Shown here: positions 12,989-20,939 of the stretch, in pieces
How the letters are laid out: every line of letters starts with the position of its first letter
Position numbering within the stretch: position 1 is the first letter of the stretch
Source of the DNA: an uncultured Actinomycetes bacterium
GTDB lineage: Bacteria; Actinomycetota; Coriobacteriia; Anaerosomatales; Anaerosomataceae
Direction: 5' to 3'
NCBI GenBank assembly: GCA_963817405.1
Contig: CAWFNW010000002.1
Span: forward strand, 313,655-337,654
DNA length: 24,000 bases
Position numbers and translations under genes: made by a program
The notes under the pieces: model-generated
Seen by the model: only the letters and a program-made list of their open reading frames with translations
Databases searched by the model: none
What the model was told of the DNA's origin: nothing

Positions 12989-13021
12989 AAGGAGGCGGGC
13001 TCTTCGTGAGCCCGCCTCCTT
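12989..13021. terminator. Perfect 14-bp GC-rich hairpin immediately 3' of the tRNA gene (putative terminator, possibly bidirectional)
   Basis: AAGGAGGCGGGCTC (12989-13002), loop ttcgt, GAGCCCGCCTCCTT (13008-13021). On the minus strand it follows the tRNA by 11 nt and is followed by TTTCTGAAC, a weak U-tract. On the plus strand it is followed by TCGTCCTTTGGG. Confidence 0.5.
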
Positions 13022-13032
13022 CGTCCTTTGGG

Positions 13033-13108
13033 TGGTGCCCCCGACAGGAATCGAACCTGTGACCTACCGCTTAGGAGGCGGTCGCTCTATCCCCTGAGCT
13101 ACGAGGGC
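13033..13108 (-). tRNA. tRNA-Arg (anticodon CCT), encoded CCA end
   Basis: Hand-folded from the reverse complement: GCCCTCG TA GCTC AGGGGATA GAGC G ACCGC CT-CCT-AA GCGGT AGGTC ACAGG TTCGATT CCTGT CGGGGGC A CCA. The 7-bp acceptor stem has one G-U pair, the T-loop is canonical TTCGATT, and the total is 76 nt. Confidence 0.93.
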
Positions 13109-13247
13109 GCGTTCCTGCTCGGCACTGCGGGGTGTTGTCCCTGTGGCCTGCAGCGCAGATGCATGGTAGCAGATGCAGCGCGGCGTTTGCCTCTCCGTCA
13201 CGGGTGGAATGCTCCATCACGGCCGATGGATGAGGGAGGCGGGCTCC

Positions 13248-13865
13248 ATGGTGTTCAGGGACCGGCACGATGCGGGACGACAGCTTGCGGCTGCGTTGGA
13301 GCGCTACCGCGGAGCGCCGGACGTCGTGGTCCTCGGTGTGCCGCGGGGCGGCGTCGTCGTCGCAGCTGAGGTCGCCAGGCTTCTGGAGCAGCCGCTCGAC
13401 GTCGTGGTGACGCGCAAGCTCGGCGCGCCAGGCAATCCGGAGTACGCGGTCGGTGCGGTTGACGCCGACGGGCACGTGTTCGCGGGGATCCTGGCCGGGG
13501 TCCCGGAGGGGTACCTGGCGCGCGCGGCGGCGGCCGAGCAGGCGGAGATCGCGCGGCGCGTGGCCGCGTACCGTGCCGGGCGTCCGGCTCTGGACGTCGC
13601 GGGCAAGACCGCCGTCCTCGTCGACGACGGCATCGCCACGGGACTCACGCTGCGCGCTGCCGTCCACTACCTCAAGCGCCAGGGAGCCGCGCGCGTCGTC
13701 GTCGCTGCACCCGTCGCGGCGCCGGATTCAGCGGCACGCCTGCGGAGCGAGGCGGACGAGGTGGTCGTGTTAGACGAGCCGTGGGGATTCAGCGCGGTCG
13801 GTCAGTTCTACGAGCGCTTCGACCAGACCTCGGATGCCGAGGTTGAGGCGCTCTTGCAGCGCTGA
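13248..13865 (+). CDS. Phosphoribosyltransferase-family protein (type I PRTase fold)
   Basis: The track ORF 13173..13865 is trimmed to ATG at 13248 (MVFRDRHDAGRQLA...), giving 205 aa, with a GAGGGAGG Shine-Dalgarno 8 nt upstream. The PRPP-binding loop is AVLVDDGIATGLTLRAA, and VVLGVPRGGVVVA is the PPi loop-like segment. Confidence 0.8.
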   Translation: MVFRDRHDAGRQLAAALERYRGAPDVVVLGVPRGGVVVAAEVARLLEQPLDVVVTRKLGAPGNPEYAVGAVDADGHVFAGILAGVPEGYLARAAAAEQAEIARRVAAYRAGRPALDVAGKTAVLVDDGIATGLTLRAAVHYLKRQGAARVVVAAPVAAPDSAARLRSEADEVVVLDEPWGFSAVGQFYERFDQTSDAEVEALLQR

Positions 13866-13886
13866 GCACCGGCGCGATTGCGGGGC

Positions 13887-15719
13887 CTACGGCGTCTTGC
13901 CCACCGTGAGCGTGACGGTCGTGCCCTTGTCGACCTGCGTGTCGGGGAGCGGGTTCTGGATGAGAACGATGCCATTGTCCTGACTGGCGACGGTCACGAC
14001 GGTCACCTTCAGGCCCAGCTTCGTCAGATCAGCGGTGGCGTCTTCTACCGTCATGTTCGTCACGTCAGGCACCGTGACCGGCGCAGTGCCCTTGGACACC
14101 ACGATCTCGATGGTCGAACCGGCGTCGACGCTCACGCCCGCCTCCGGGCGCTGCGATATCACGGAACCCTTCTGGACGGTATCGCTGAAGTCCTCGGTCA
14201 CAGTCACTTTGAAGAGAGCGTCGGTGAGGGCCTTCTCGGCCTGCGCGCGCTTCATGTTCGTGACGTCGGGGACCTTCACAAGCTCGGTGCCCTTGGACAC
14301 CACGAGCACGACCTTGCTGCCCTTCGCGACCGGCGTGTCGGCCGGCGGGTCGCTCGAGATGACCGAGCCCTCGGCGACGTCGGCACTGAACTCGCGCGTC
14401 ACAGGGATCGCAACTTGAAGCTCTGCGTCTTCGATCAGAAGGATGGCGTCCGCCTCGGTCATGCCCGCAACGATCGGGACCTTCACCTGTTTGACCCCGG
14501 CACTCACCACGAGGTTGACGGTGGTGCCGCTCTCAACACGCGTCCCCGCGGGCGGGCTCTGCTCCATGACCTCGCCCGCGGCGTACTCCGCGCTGTTGCC
14601 GGTGGTCACCTCGCCCACCTTCAGCCCCTGCGCCACGATCGTCGACGACGCCTCCTGCTCGGTCATGCCCACGACCGAGGGGACGGCCACGGAGCCGGCG
14701 CCGAACGCGCCGAGGGCCCACGCGATCCCGAGGGCAACGAGCGCGACTGCAACCACGAGCGCGATCCACGGCCACGGATTGCCCCGCCGCTCGGGAATGG
14801 GCTGGACCTGCGGGCCCTGAGCGGTACGTATACGTTCCGCGCGATCGACTGCCGGCATCACGGTCGTGTCGTCCACGTACGCCGGCGGCGCGGCGCGGAC
14901 CTTGTCGCCGTTCACCACGCGCATGAGGTCCTCACGCATCTCGTTCGCCGATGCGTACCGCTCGGCGGGGTTCTTGCGCATCGCCTTCAGGATGACCGCT
15001 TCGAGCGCGATCGGGATCGCGGAACGGATCTGCCGCGGCCCGACGGGCTGCTCGTTGACCTGCTTGAGCGCGATGGCGACCGGCGTGTCCGCATCGAACG
15101 GCACCTGCCCGGTCACGAGCTCGTAGAGCGTCGCGCCGAGCGAGTACAGGTCCGAGCTGGGGCCGAGGATGCCGCCCTGCGCCTGCTCGGGGCTGATGTA
15201 CTGGGCGGTCCCCAGGACGGAGCCGGTCTGCGTCATCGTGGTGTTGCCGGCGCGCGCGATGCCGAAGTCCATGACCTTCACGGTGCCGTCCGGCGTGATG
15301 ACGATGTTGTGGGGCTTGATGTCGCGGTGGATGACGTCGTAGCCGTGCGCGACGGCGAGCGCGGCGCACACCTGCGCCCCGTACTCGGCAGCGCGGATGG
15401 GATCGATCGGGCCGGAGTCATCGACCATGGTCTTGAGGTCGGTGCCCTTGACGTACTCCATGACGATGTAATAGGTGTCGCCATCGCGGCCCCAGTCGTA
15501 GATGTTCACGATGTTGGGGTGCGAGAGGTTCGCAGCCGCTTGGGCCTCCTGGCGGAAGCGGGCAACGAAGTTGGGCTCAGTGGCATAGCGAGGGTGCAGG
15601 ACCTTGACGGCGACCGTGCGCCCGAGCACCTCGTCGACGGCCTTGAAGACTTCGGCCATGCCGCCCGATCCAATGCGCTCGATCACGCGATAGCGGCGTC
15701 CGAAAGAAAGTTCAGTCAC
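13887..15719 (-). CDS. pknB: Transmembrane Ser/Thr protein kinase with four extracellular PASTA domains (PknB-type)
   Basis: 610 aa. Gly loop IGSGGMAEVF, VAVKVL, catalytic loop HRDIKPHNIVI (RD kinase), DFGIA and SPEQA. One TM segment (WIALVVAVALVALGIAWALGAF) is followed by four ~65-aa repeats, each with the PASTA pattern (VPxVxGMT...A...L...GL, ending VxLVVSxG). Confidence 0.95.
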   Translation of the reverse strand: MTELSFGRRYRVIERIGSGGMAEVFKAVDEVLGRTVAVKVLHPRYATEPNFVARFRQEAQAAANLSHPNIVNIYDWGRDGDTYYIVMEYVKGTDLKTMVDDSGPIDPIRAAEYGAQVCAALAVAHGYDVIHRDIKPHNIVITPDGTVKVMDFGIARAGNTTMTQTGSVLGTAQYISPEQAQGGILGPSSDLYSLGATLYELVTGQVPFDADTPVAIALKQVNEQPVGPRQIRSAIPIALEAVILKAMRKNPAERYASANEMREDLMRVVNGDKVRAAPPAYVDDTTVMPAVDRAERIRTAQGPQVQPIPERRGNPWPWIALVVAVALVALGIAWALGAFGAGSVAVPSVVGMTEQEASSTIVAQGLKVGEVTTGNSAEYAAGEVMEQSPPAGTRVESGTTVNLVVSAGVKQVKVPIVAGMTEADAILLIEDAELQVAIPVTREFSADVAEGSVISSDPPADTPVAKGSKVVLVVSKGTELVKVPDVTNMKRAQAEKALTDALFKVTVTEDFSDTVQKGSVISQRPEAGVSVDAGSTIEIVVSKGTAPVTVPDVTNMTVEDATADLTKLGLKVTVVTVASQDNGIVLIQNPLPDTQVDKGTTVTLTVGKTP

Positions 15720-15774
15720 GAAGTTCCCGCCTCTCGTTCATGCGTGTCCGCGCCACCGCGTGAACACGCACCAC

Positions 15775-15780
15775 ATTCTA
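15775..15780 (-). promoter_or_regulatory. Candidate -10 hexamer TAGAAT for pknB
   Basis: Minus-strand TAGAAT lies in the 118-nt gap between the RodA-PBP stop (15838) and the pknB GTG (15719), about 55 nt upstream of the start. No good -35 at 17-nt spacing. Confidence 0.3.
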
Positions 15781-15837
15781 CCGTATGAGCCCGCTCAACT
15801 TGCCGCCGGGCATCCGCCGCCCGGCCCTTCCCGGTGC

Positions 15838-18576
15838 CTAGTTCGTGCGCTCCAGTGCCTTCACGAGGATGGGCTGTGCCGCCGGCGCAGCCACTTGGCC
15901 CCCAACGCCTGCATTCTCAAGCACGATGGCGATCGCGACTCGCGGCGCCTCCGCCGGAGCGAAGGCGATGAACCACGCGTGGGTCTGCACGCTCTTGCCG
16001 GCTTCCGCAGTGCCCGTCTTGCCTGCGACGTTCACGCCGGAAACCCGTGCCCGCGTGCCGGAGCCGCTCTTGACGACGTTCACCATCATCGCGGTCACGG
16101 ACTCGGCCGTCGCCGCATCGGTGGCGGTCTTCCAGCGACGCGGCTGTGTTGCCGAGAGCACGCCCCCGGCGCGGTCGGTGATCGAGTCGAGCAGGTAGGG
16201 GCGCATGACGACCCCGTCGTTGGCGATGCCGGCAGCGATGAGCGCCATCTGGAGCGCGGTGACCTGCGGCCCCGGCGGGCTCTCGTGCTCGCCCACGGGC
16301 TGGCCGACGCCCGCCCACGCGGTCTCCCACCGCGTCATCTCGCGCGGGTCGGGCATGAGCGACTTCTTGACGGGGAGCTCCAGCTGGGGCGTGTCGTTCA
16401 CGCCGAAGCGTTCGGCCGCCTCGACCAGGCGCGCCGCTCCCAGCTTGTCCGCGATCTGGGCGAAGACGGTGTTGATGCTGCTGGCGGTCGCTTGCGCCAC
16501 CGTGACGGTTCCGTAGCCTGCGCCGCCGTAATTGGTCACGGGAGCGCCGCCGATCTGAAGCGTCGCCGGGCCCGGGAAGGTGGTCCTTGCCGTGACAACG
16601 CCGGCGGCGACGGCTCCCGTGAGCGTGACGACCTTCCAGGTCGAGCCCGGGGGATACAGGCTCTGCGCCGCGCGGTTGACGAGCGGCGCGCCGGCGGCCG
16701 AGGACAGCGTCTCCCACAGATCGTCGACGGTCGCCGGGTCGTAGGCGGGCGAGGACGCAAGCGCCAGGACCGCCCCTGTCCGCGGGTCGAGCACCACGGC
16801 GGCACCCCGGTGCGTGCCGAGGGCCGCCTCGGCGACCTTTTGGATCTCACTGTCCACGGTGAGCCGGACGTCGTTCCCGGGCACCGGGACGCCGGCGAGG
16901 GACTCGACGAGGTCGCGGACGCTCGCGAAGGTGCGGTGTCCCGAGAGCGCCTCGGTCATCGCGGCCTCCATGCCCGAGCGGCCGTACCGCGGGCTGTAGT
17001 AGCCGATGACGTGTGCGGCAAGCAGGCCCTCGGGGTAGCGGCGCGCGTAGACGTCGCCGCTCTTGACCGACTCGGCGAGCACGACCGCGTCCTTCGTGAG
17101 GATCGCGCCGCGCTCCTGCCGGATCTCCGCGGCGAGCCCTCGCGTGTTGGCGGGATTCGCCGCCAGCGCCGACGCGGCGAAGACCTGCAGGTACGTGAGG
17201 TTGGCGATGACGGCACCCAGAAGCGCGACGAGGACGATCGCGACGCCGGTTAGACGCCGCGCCACCGCGACGCGGCCGAGTGCGCCCGTCGCTGATGTGG
17301 TGACGAGCTCGGTCTCGCGGCCGGTGGCCGCGTCTCCCGCGCGCATCAGAAGCCCAAGCAGCATGAAGTTGGCGAGGATGCTCGAGCCACCGTAGCTCAC
17401 GAAGGGGAGCGTGATGCCGGTGAGCGGGATGAGGCGGGTGACGCCGCCCAGGATGACGAAGGTCTGCAGCCCGAACGTCGCGACCAGGCCCGTTGCCGTG
17501 AAGGCGGCCATGTCCGAGCGGGCGCGCGTACCCGTGGCGAGCCCGCGCAGGCAGAAGACCAGGTACGCGACGACGAGCGCCGCGGCTCCCAACAGACCCA
17601 GCTCCTCACCGATGGCGGCGAAGATGAAGTCCGTCTCCACGTACGGGATGCGCTCGGGCAACCCCCTGCCGGGCCCCACGCCGACCATGCCGCCCGCGCC
17701 GAACGCGAAGAGCGCCTGCACCAGCTGGTAGCCGCGGTCGGCGGCGTCGGCGAACGGGTCCAGCCAGATCGCGACGCGCGACTGCACGTGCGCGAACATC
17801 GCGTACGCGGCACTCGCGCCGGCGGCGAACAGGCCGATGCCCACAATCACGTACCCCGACCTGCCGGTCGCCGCGTAGAGCATCACGAGGAAGACGCCGA
17901 AGAAGAGCAGGCTGCTTCCGAGGTCCTTCTCGGCGACGAGGACGATGAGCGAGACCGCCCACATGACAACAAGGGGGCCGAGGTGTTTGAGCGGCGGGAG
18001 CCAGACGCCGAGCACGCGCTTCGTAGAGACCGAGAGGACCTCGCGGTTCTCGGCAAGGTACGCCGCCAGGAAGAGCACGATGAGGACTTTCGCGACCTCG
18101 GCGGGCTGGAACGAGAAACCCGCGAATCGTAGCCAGAGCTTGGCGCCGTTGACCTCCACGCCGACCACGGCGGGGAGGAGCAGCAGCACGATGCCGGTGA
18201 GGGCGATGGTGTACTTGTAGCGCGCGAGTCGCTCGAGCGACGGGACGGCCGCGAGCGTGGCGACGAGCGCCACGACACCGCCAGCGACCCACAGGACCTG
18301 GCTTGCCGCGAGCGCGGGGTCGAGCCGCGTGACGAACGCGAGTCCGATCCCGGTGAGCGCGAACGCGATCGGCAGAAGCACCGGGTCGGCGCCCGGTGCA
18401 AGGAATCGCGCAGCGACGTGCGCGGCGACGAACGCGGCGAGCAGCCCCAGCGGCACGGCGAACTGCTGCCAGCCGAGCGCGGTGCCCGTCTGCGCGTGCA
18501 CGAGCGCGAACAGCAGCGCCACGGCGGGCGCTGCGGCGAGCAGCAGCAGGAGCTCGGTATCGCGCCGGGTGCGCAT
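15838..18576 (-). CDS. rodA-pbpA (fused): Fused SEDS glycosyltransferase (RodA/FtsW) and class B penicillin-binding protein (PBP2/PbpA transpeptidase), one 912-aa ORF
   Basis: The N-terminal ~430 aa is polytopic with SEDS motifs: FQPAEVAKVLIVLFLAAYL, EKDLGSSLLFF, PYVETDFIFAAIGEELG and GITLPFVSYGGSSIL. A cytoplasmic linker follows, then the bPBP membrane anchor (LTGVAIVLVALLGAVIANLTYL). The PBP module carries SxxK (GSTWK), SxN (SSIN) and KTG (AGKTGTAE). There is no in-frame stop anywhere between the two modules. Confidence 0.9.
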   Translation of the reverse strand: MRTRRDTELLLLLAAAPAVALLFALVHAQTGTALGWQQFAVPLGLLAAFVAAHVAARFLAPGADPVLLPIAFALTGIGLAFVTRLDPALAASQVLWVAGGVVALVATLAAVPSLERLARYKYTIALTGIVLLLLPAVVGVEVNGAKLWLRFAGFSFQPAEVAKVLIVLFLAAYLAENREVLSVSTKRVLGVWLPPLKHLGPLVVMWAVSLIVLVAEKDLGSSLLFFGVFLVMLYAATGRSGYVIVGIGLFAAGASAAYAMFAHVQSRVAIWLDPFADAADRGYQLVQALFAFGAGGMVGVGPGRGLPERIPYVETDFIFAAIGEELGLLGAAALVVAYLVFCLRGLATGTRARSDMAAFTATGLVATFGLQTFVILGGVTRLIPLTGITLPFVSYGGSSILANFMLLGLLMRAGDAATGRETELVTTSATGALGRVAVARRLTGVAIVLVALLGAVIANLTYLQVFAASALAANPANTRGLAAEIRQERGAILTKDAVVLAESVKSGDVYARRYPEGLLAAHVIGYYSPRYGRSGMEAAMTEALSGHRTFASVRDLVESLAGVPVPGNDVRLTVDSEIQKVAEAALGTHRGAAVVLDPRTGAVLALASSPAYDPATVDDLWETLSSAAGAPLVNRAAQSLYPPGSTWKVVTLTGAVAAGVVTARTTFPGPATLQIGGAPVTNYGGAGYGTVTVAQATASSINTVFAQIADKLGAARLVEAAERFGVNDTPQLELPVKKSLMPDPREMTRWETAWAGVGQPVGEHESPPGPQVTALQMALIAAGIANDGVVMRPYLLDSITDRAGGVLSATQPRRWKTATDAATAESVTAMMVNVVKSGSGTRARVSGVNVAGKTGTAEAGKSVQTHAWFIAFAPAEAPRVAIAIVLENAGVGGQVAAPAAQPILVKALERTN

Positions 18577-18584
18577 CGCCAGTC

Positions 18585-19724
18585 CTAGGGCGTCGACGTC
18601 GGCTCGACCGAGCCGGTCGCATCGGGGGAGACGCCGGTCTCAAGCCGGTAGCGGGCGACGAGGTCGTAGGCTGCAACGATGCTCTCGACGCGGACGCCCT
18701 CGCCCAGCCTGGTCGCGGTGACGGGGTCAAGCGCGGCGACGGGTATGTTGGTGACTTCCTCGAGCCAGCGCAGCTCGACGCTGCCGATCGTGCCGGGCAC
18801 CCCTCGGTAGACCGCGACGCGCCCGCCTTCGTCGATCACGAAGGCCTGCGCGCGGGCGTACGACCAGGCGCCGTAGGCGGCGCCTGCGACGATGGCGAAG
18901 AGCAGCAGCGTCCACAGCAGCCGGGCGCCCCACACTCGGGCGTCACTGGCACGTGCGGGGGTATCGGCAGAGCCGGGCCGTGCGGCGCGCAGGTGCGCGG
19001 CGTGGCGGGCGTCGCCGCCGATCTCCGCGACGACGACGGTGATGTTGTCCTGGCCGCCCGCGTCGTTCGCGGCTTCGATGAGCCGGTCGACCGCCTCGGC
19101 GGCGCTCGGTGCGGCGCCGAGGATGCGCTCGATCTCGCGGTCGTCGATCATGCCCGTCAGGCCGTCCGAGCACAGGAGCAGCCGGTCGCCCGGGGCGGCC
19201 TCGATCTCGAAGGTGTCGACGAGCAGATTGGGGTCGGACCCGAGGGCTCGCGTGATCACGCTTCGGTTAGGGTGGACGCGGGACTCCTCGGCGGTGAGTG
19301 TGCCGTTGCGAACCATGTCGGCCACCATCGAGTGGTCCTGCGTGATCTGGGTGAGCGTGCCGACATTCAGCAGGTAGGCGCGGCTGTCGCCCACGTGCGC
19401 GAGCACGATCCGCGTGCCGTCGATCATGGCAGCGGTGAGCGTTGTGCCCATGCCCGCGCGGCCCTGGCCGGCGTCCGCCGCCTGGATGACCGCGCTGTTC
19501 GCGGACCGCACGGCGCGTGCGAGCGCCTTGGCGTCTGCTGCGCGCGGCGCGTCGGCGAGCAACCGCTCGACGGCGATCGAGCTCGCGACCTCTCCCGCCT
19601 GATGGCCGCCGAGGCCGTCGGCCACAGCGAAGAGCGGCGGGTTGACGAGGTAGGCGTCCTCGTTGTCCGCGCGGAGGTGCCCCACGTCGGTCCCGCCCGC
19701 GTAGGGCAGCGGGTGCCGCGTCAC
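18585..19724 (-). CDS. pstP: PP2C-family Ser/Thr phosphatase with a TM segment and extracytoplasmic C-terminal domain (PstP-type)
   Basis: 379 aa. PP2C motifs are RADNEDA, AVADGLGGHQAGEVAS, LCSDGLT and GGQDNITVVV. The TM segment is LLWTLLLFAIVAGAAYGAW. The GTG start overlaps the fhaB TGA (GTGA at 19721-19724). Confidence 0.92.
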   Translation of the reverse strand: MTRHPLPYAGGTDVGHLRADNEDAYLVNPPLFAVADGLGGHQAGEVASSIAVERLLADAPRAADAKALARAVRSANSAVIQAADAGQGRAGMGTTLTAAMIDGTRIVLAHVGDSRAYLLNVGTLTQITQDHSMVADMVRNGTLTAEESRVHPNRSVITRALGSDPNLLVDTFEIEAAPGDRLLLCSDGLTGMIDDREIERILGAAPSAAEAVDRLIEAANDAGGQDNITVVVAEIGGDARHAAHLRAARPGSADTPARASDARVWGARLLWTLLLFAIVAGAAYGAWSYARAQAFVIDEGGRVAVYRGVPGTIGSVELRWLEEVTNIPVAALDPVTATRLGEGVRVESIVAAYDLVARYRLETGVSPDATGSVEPTSTP

Positions 19725-20140
19725 GCGCGCACCACCTTGAGGCGGTTCTTCCCAAGTTGGATGACGGCGCCCTCGCGGAGTTCGAGCGGCCGTGTTGCCG
19801 GCTGCCCGTTCACGATCGTCCCGTTGGTCGAGCCCAGGTCCTCGAGGATCGCGCCGCTCTCGGTGGGTACCACCTTGGCGTGGATCGAGGAAACGAAGTC
19901 GTCGGCGATCACGAGGTCGGCGTCGGGCGAGCGGCCGATCACGACCGGACCCGAGAGCGGCACGATCACGCCGCGGATCTCTCGCGGCCCCTCGACCACG
20001 CTCAGTGCGAGCCCCGTGCCGCGCTTCTTCACGCCGCCCGTCGCTACCATGCCCACACCCGCGCGCACGGCAGCCACGAGGAAGAGGTAGAGCAGTGCGA
20101 GCAGGAGGATCCTCCCGAAGAGCAGGACAACGTCAGCCAT
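19721..20140 (-). CDS. fhaB: FHA-domain protein with an N-terminal membrane anchor (FhaB/FipA-type)
   Basis: The track ORF 19721..20347 is trimmed to ATG at 20140 (MADVVLLFGRILLLALLYLFLVAAV...), giving 139 aa. The FHA core is VVIGRSPDADLVIADDFVSSIHAKV...LEDLGSTNGTIVNG. It starts 2 nt after the fhaA stop. Confidence 0.85.
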   Translation of the reverse strand: MADVVLLFGRILLLALLYLFLVAAVRAGVGMVATGGVKKRGTGLALSVVEGPREIRGVIVPLSGPVVIGRSPDADLVIADDFVSSIHAKVVPTESGAILEDLGSTNGTIVNGQPATRPLELREGAVIQLGKNRLKVVRA

Positions 20141-20142
20141 CG

Positions 20143-20847
20143 CTACGCCCCAGGTCCGTGGTAGTGCAGCCGAGTAAGTCCGATCTCGATCACGTCGCCG
20201 TCGTGCAGGCGCGCGCGGCGCACCGGCTGGCCGTTGAGGCGAGTGCCGTTGGTGGAGTCCAGGTCCTCGATGGCCCAGCCGTCCTCCAGCCGCATGAACG
20301 CCGCGTGGCGCCGGGAGACGTTGCTGTCGTCCAGGCAGATGCCGCACTCCTCGAGCCGGCCGACGTCCACCTGCGAGCCGGTGAGGGGCACGTGCTCGGG
20401 TGCCGTTCCGACTGTCACGAAGGCGCTTCCGGGCTCGGCGGTCGGACGCCTGGAGACGCGGGGCCGCTCGGCTGCGGGCTTCTGTGCGAGTGAGGCTGCC
20501 ACGCCGAAGCGGCCGAGGCGGAGGTCCTCGCGCACAATGAACGAGACCGCCGGCCGCGAAGCGAGGTGGTACCCGTGCTCGCGAGCGTGATCCACCAGAA
20601 AAGTCGCGAGTTCGCCGGAGAGCGTTGCCTTGAATCGGCCGAGTTGGGCGTCGTCGTCGGGGGAGAGGCCGATCGTGTACTCGGTGGGCGCATAGACCCG
20701 GCCCACGCCGATCGCCCGGCCGTCATCCATCGCCCGGCCAAGCGCTTTCGCAAGCTCGGCGGGCTGTACCGGAGACTTGAAGGCTCCGGCGAACAGGCCC
20801 TCGATGCCTGCGGCGATACGGTCTTCGAATTCGGAGAGGATGCCCAT
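20143..20847 (-). CDS. fhaA: FhaA-type protein: N-terminal DUF3662-like domain plus C-terminal FHA domain
   Basis: The start is set at ATG 20847 (MGILSEFEDRIAAGIEGLFAGAFKSPVQPAELAKAL...), the typical FhaA N-terminus; the track start GTG at 20880 adds 11 aa. The FHA core is VDVGRLEECGICLDDSNVSRRHAAF...IEDLDSTNGTRLNG. Confidence 0.85.
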   Translation of the reverse strand: MGILSEFEDRIAAGIEGLFAGAFKSPVQPAELAKALGRAMDDGRAIGVGRVYAPTEYTIGLSPDDDAQLGRFKATLSGELATFLVDHAREHGYHLASRPAVSFIVREDLRLGRFGVAASLAQKPAAERPRVSRRPTAEPGSAFVTVGTAPEHVPLTGSQVDVGRLEECGICLDDSNVSRRHAAFMRLEDGWAIEDLDSTNGTRLNGQPVRRARLHDGDVIEIGLTRLHYHGPGA

Positions 20848-20883
20848 GGCCCCGCAGTCCATCGGAGTGGCTACAGACACCTG

Positions 20884-20892
20884 ATTCTAGCA
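20884..20892 (-). promoter_or_regulatory. Candidate extended -10 promoter (TGCTAGAAT) for the fhaA-fhaB-pstP-rodA/pbpA operon
   Basis: Minus-strand TGnTAGAAT lies in the 59-nt gap after the upstream kinase gene, about 37 nt upstream of the fhaA ATG at 20847. It is too close to GTG 20880 for that start to be used from this promoter. Confidence 0.35.
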
Positions 20893-20939
20893 GTCACGCC
20901 TCGCTGGCAGCGCGGCGCTCGCGCGCCGTCGCCCATCCG

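Noticed and set aside
13028-13369. 113-aa plus-strand ORF beginning inside the tRNA region
   Set aside because: Its N-terminus (…PDRNRTCDLPLRRRSLYPLSYEG…) is the familiar translation of the antisense strand of a tRNA gene. The remainder is out of frame with the PRTase gene.
13887-14700. Roughly 200-nt periodicity in the 3' third of pknB that might be taken for a DNA repeat array
   Set aside because: These are four diverged PASTA domain repeats at the protein level. The nucleotide copies are not near-identical and have no spacer/repeat architecture, so this is not a CRISPR array or a satellite.
13878-15788. 636-aa plus-strand ORF opposite pknB; similar cases are 15760..17253 +, 18396..20090 +, 17606..18730 - and 21870..22904 +
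   Set aside because: All are antisense or out-of-frame shadows of strongly supported genes (pknB, RodA-PBP, pstP, second kinase). They are extremely Arg/Gly/Asp-rich and have no domain signatures.
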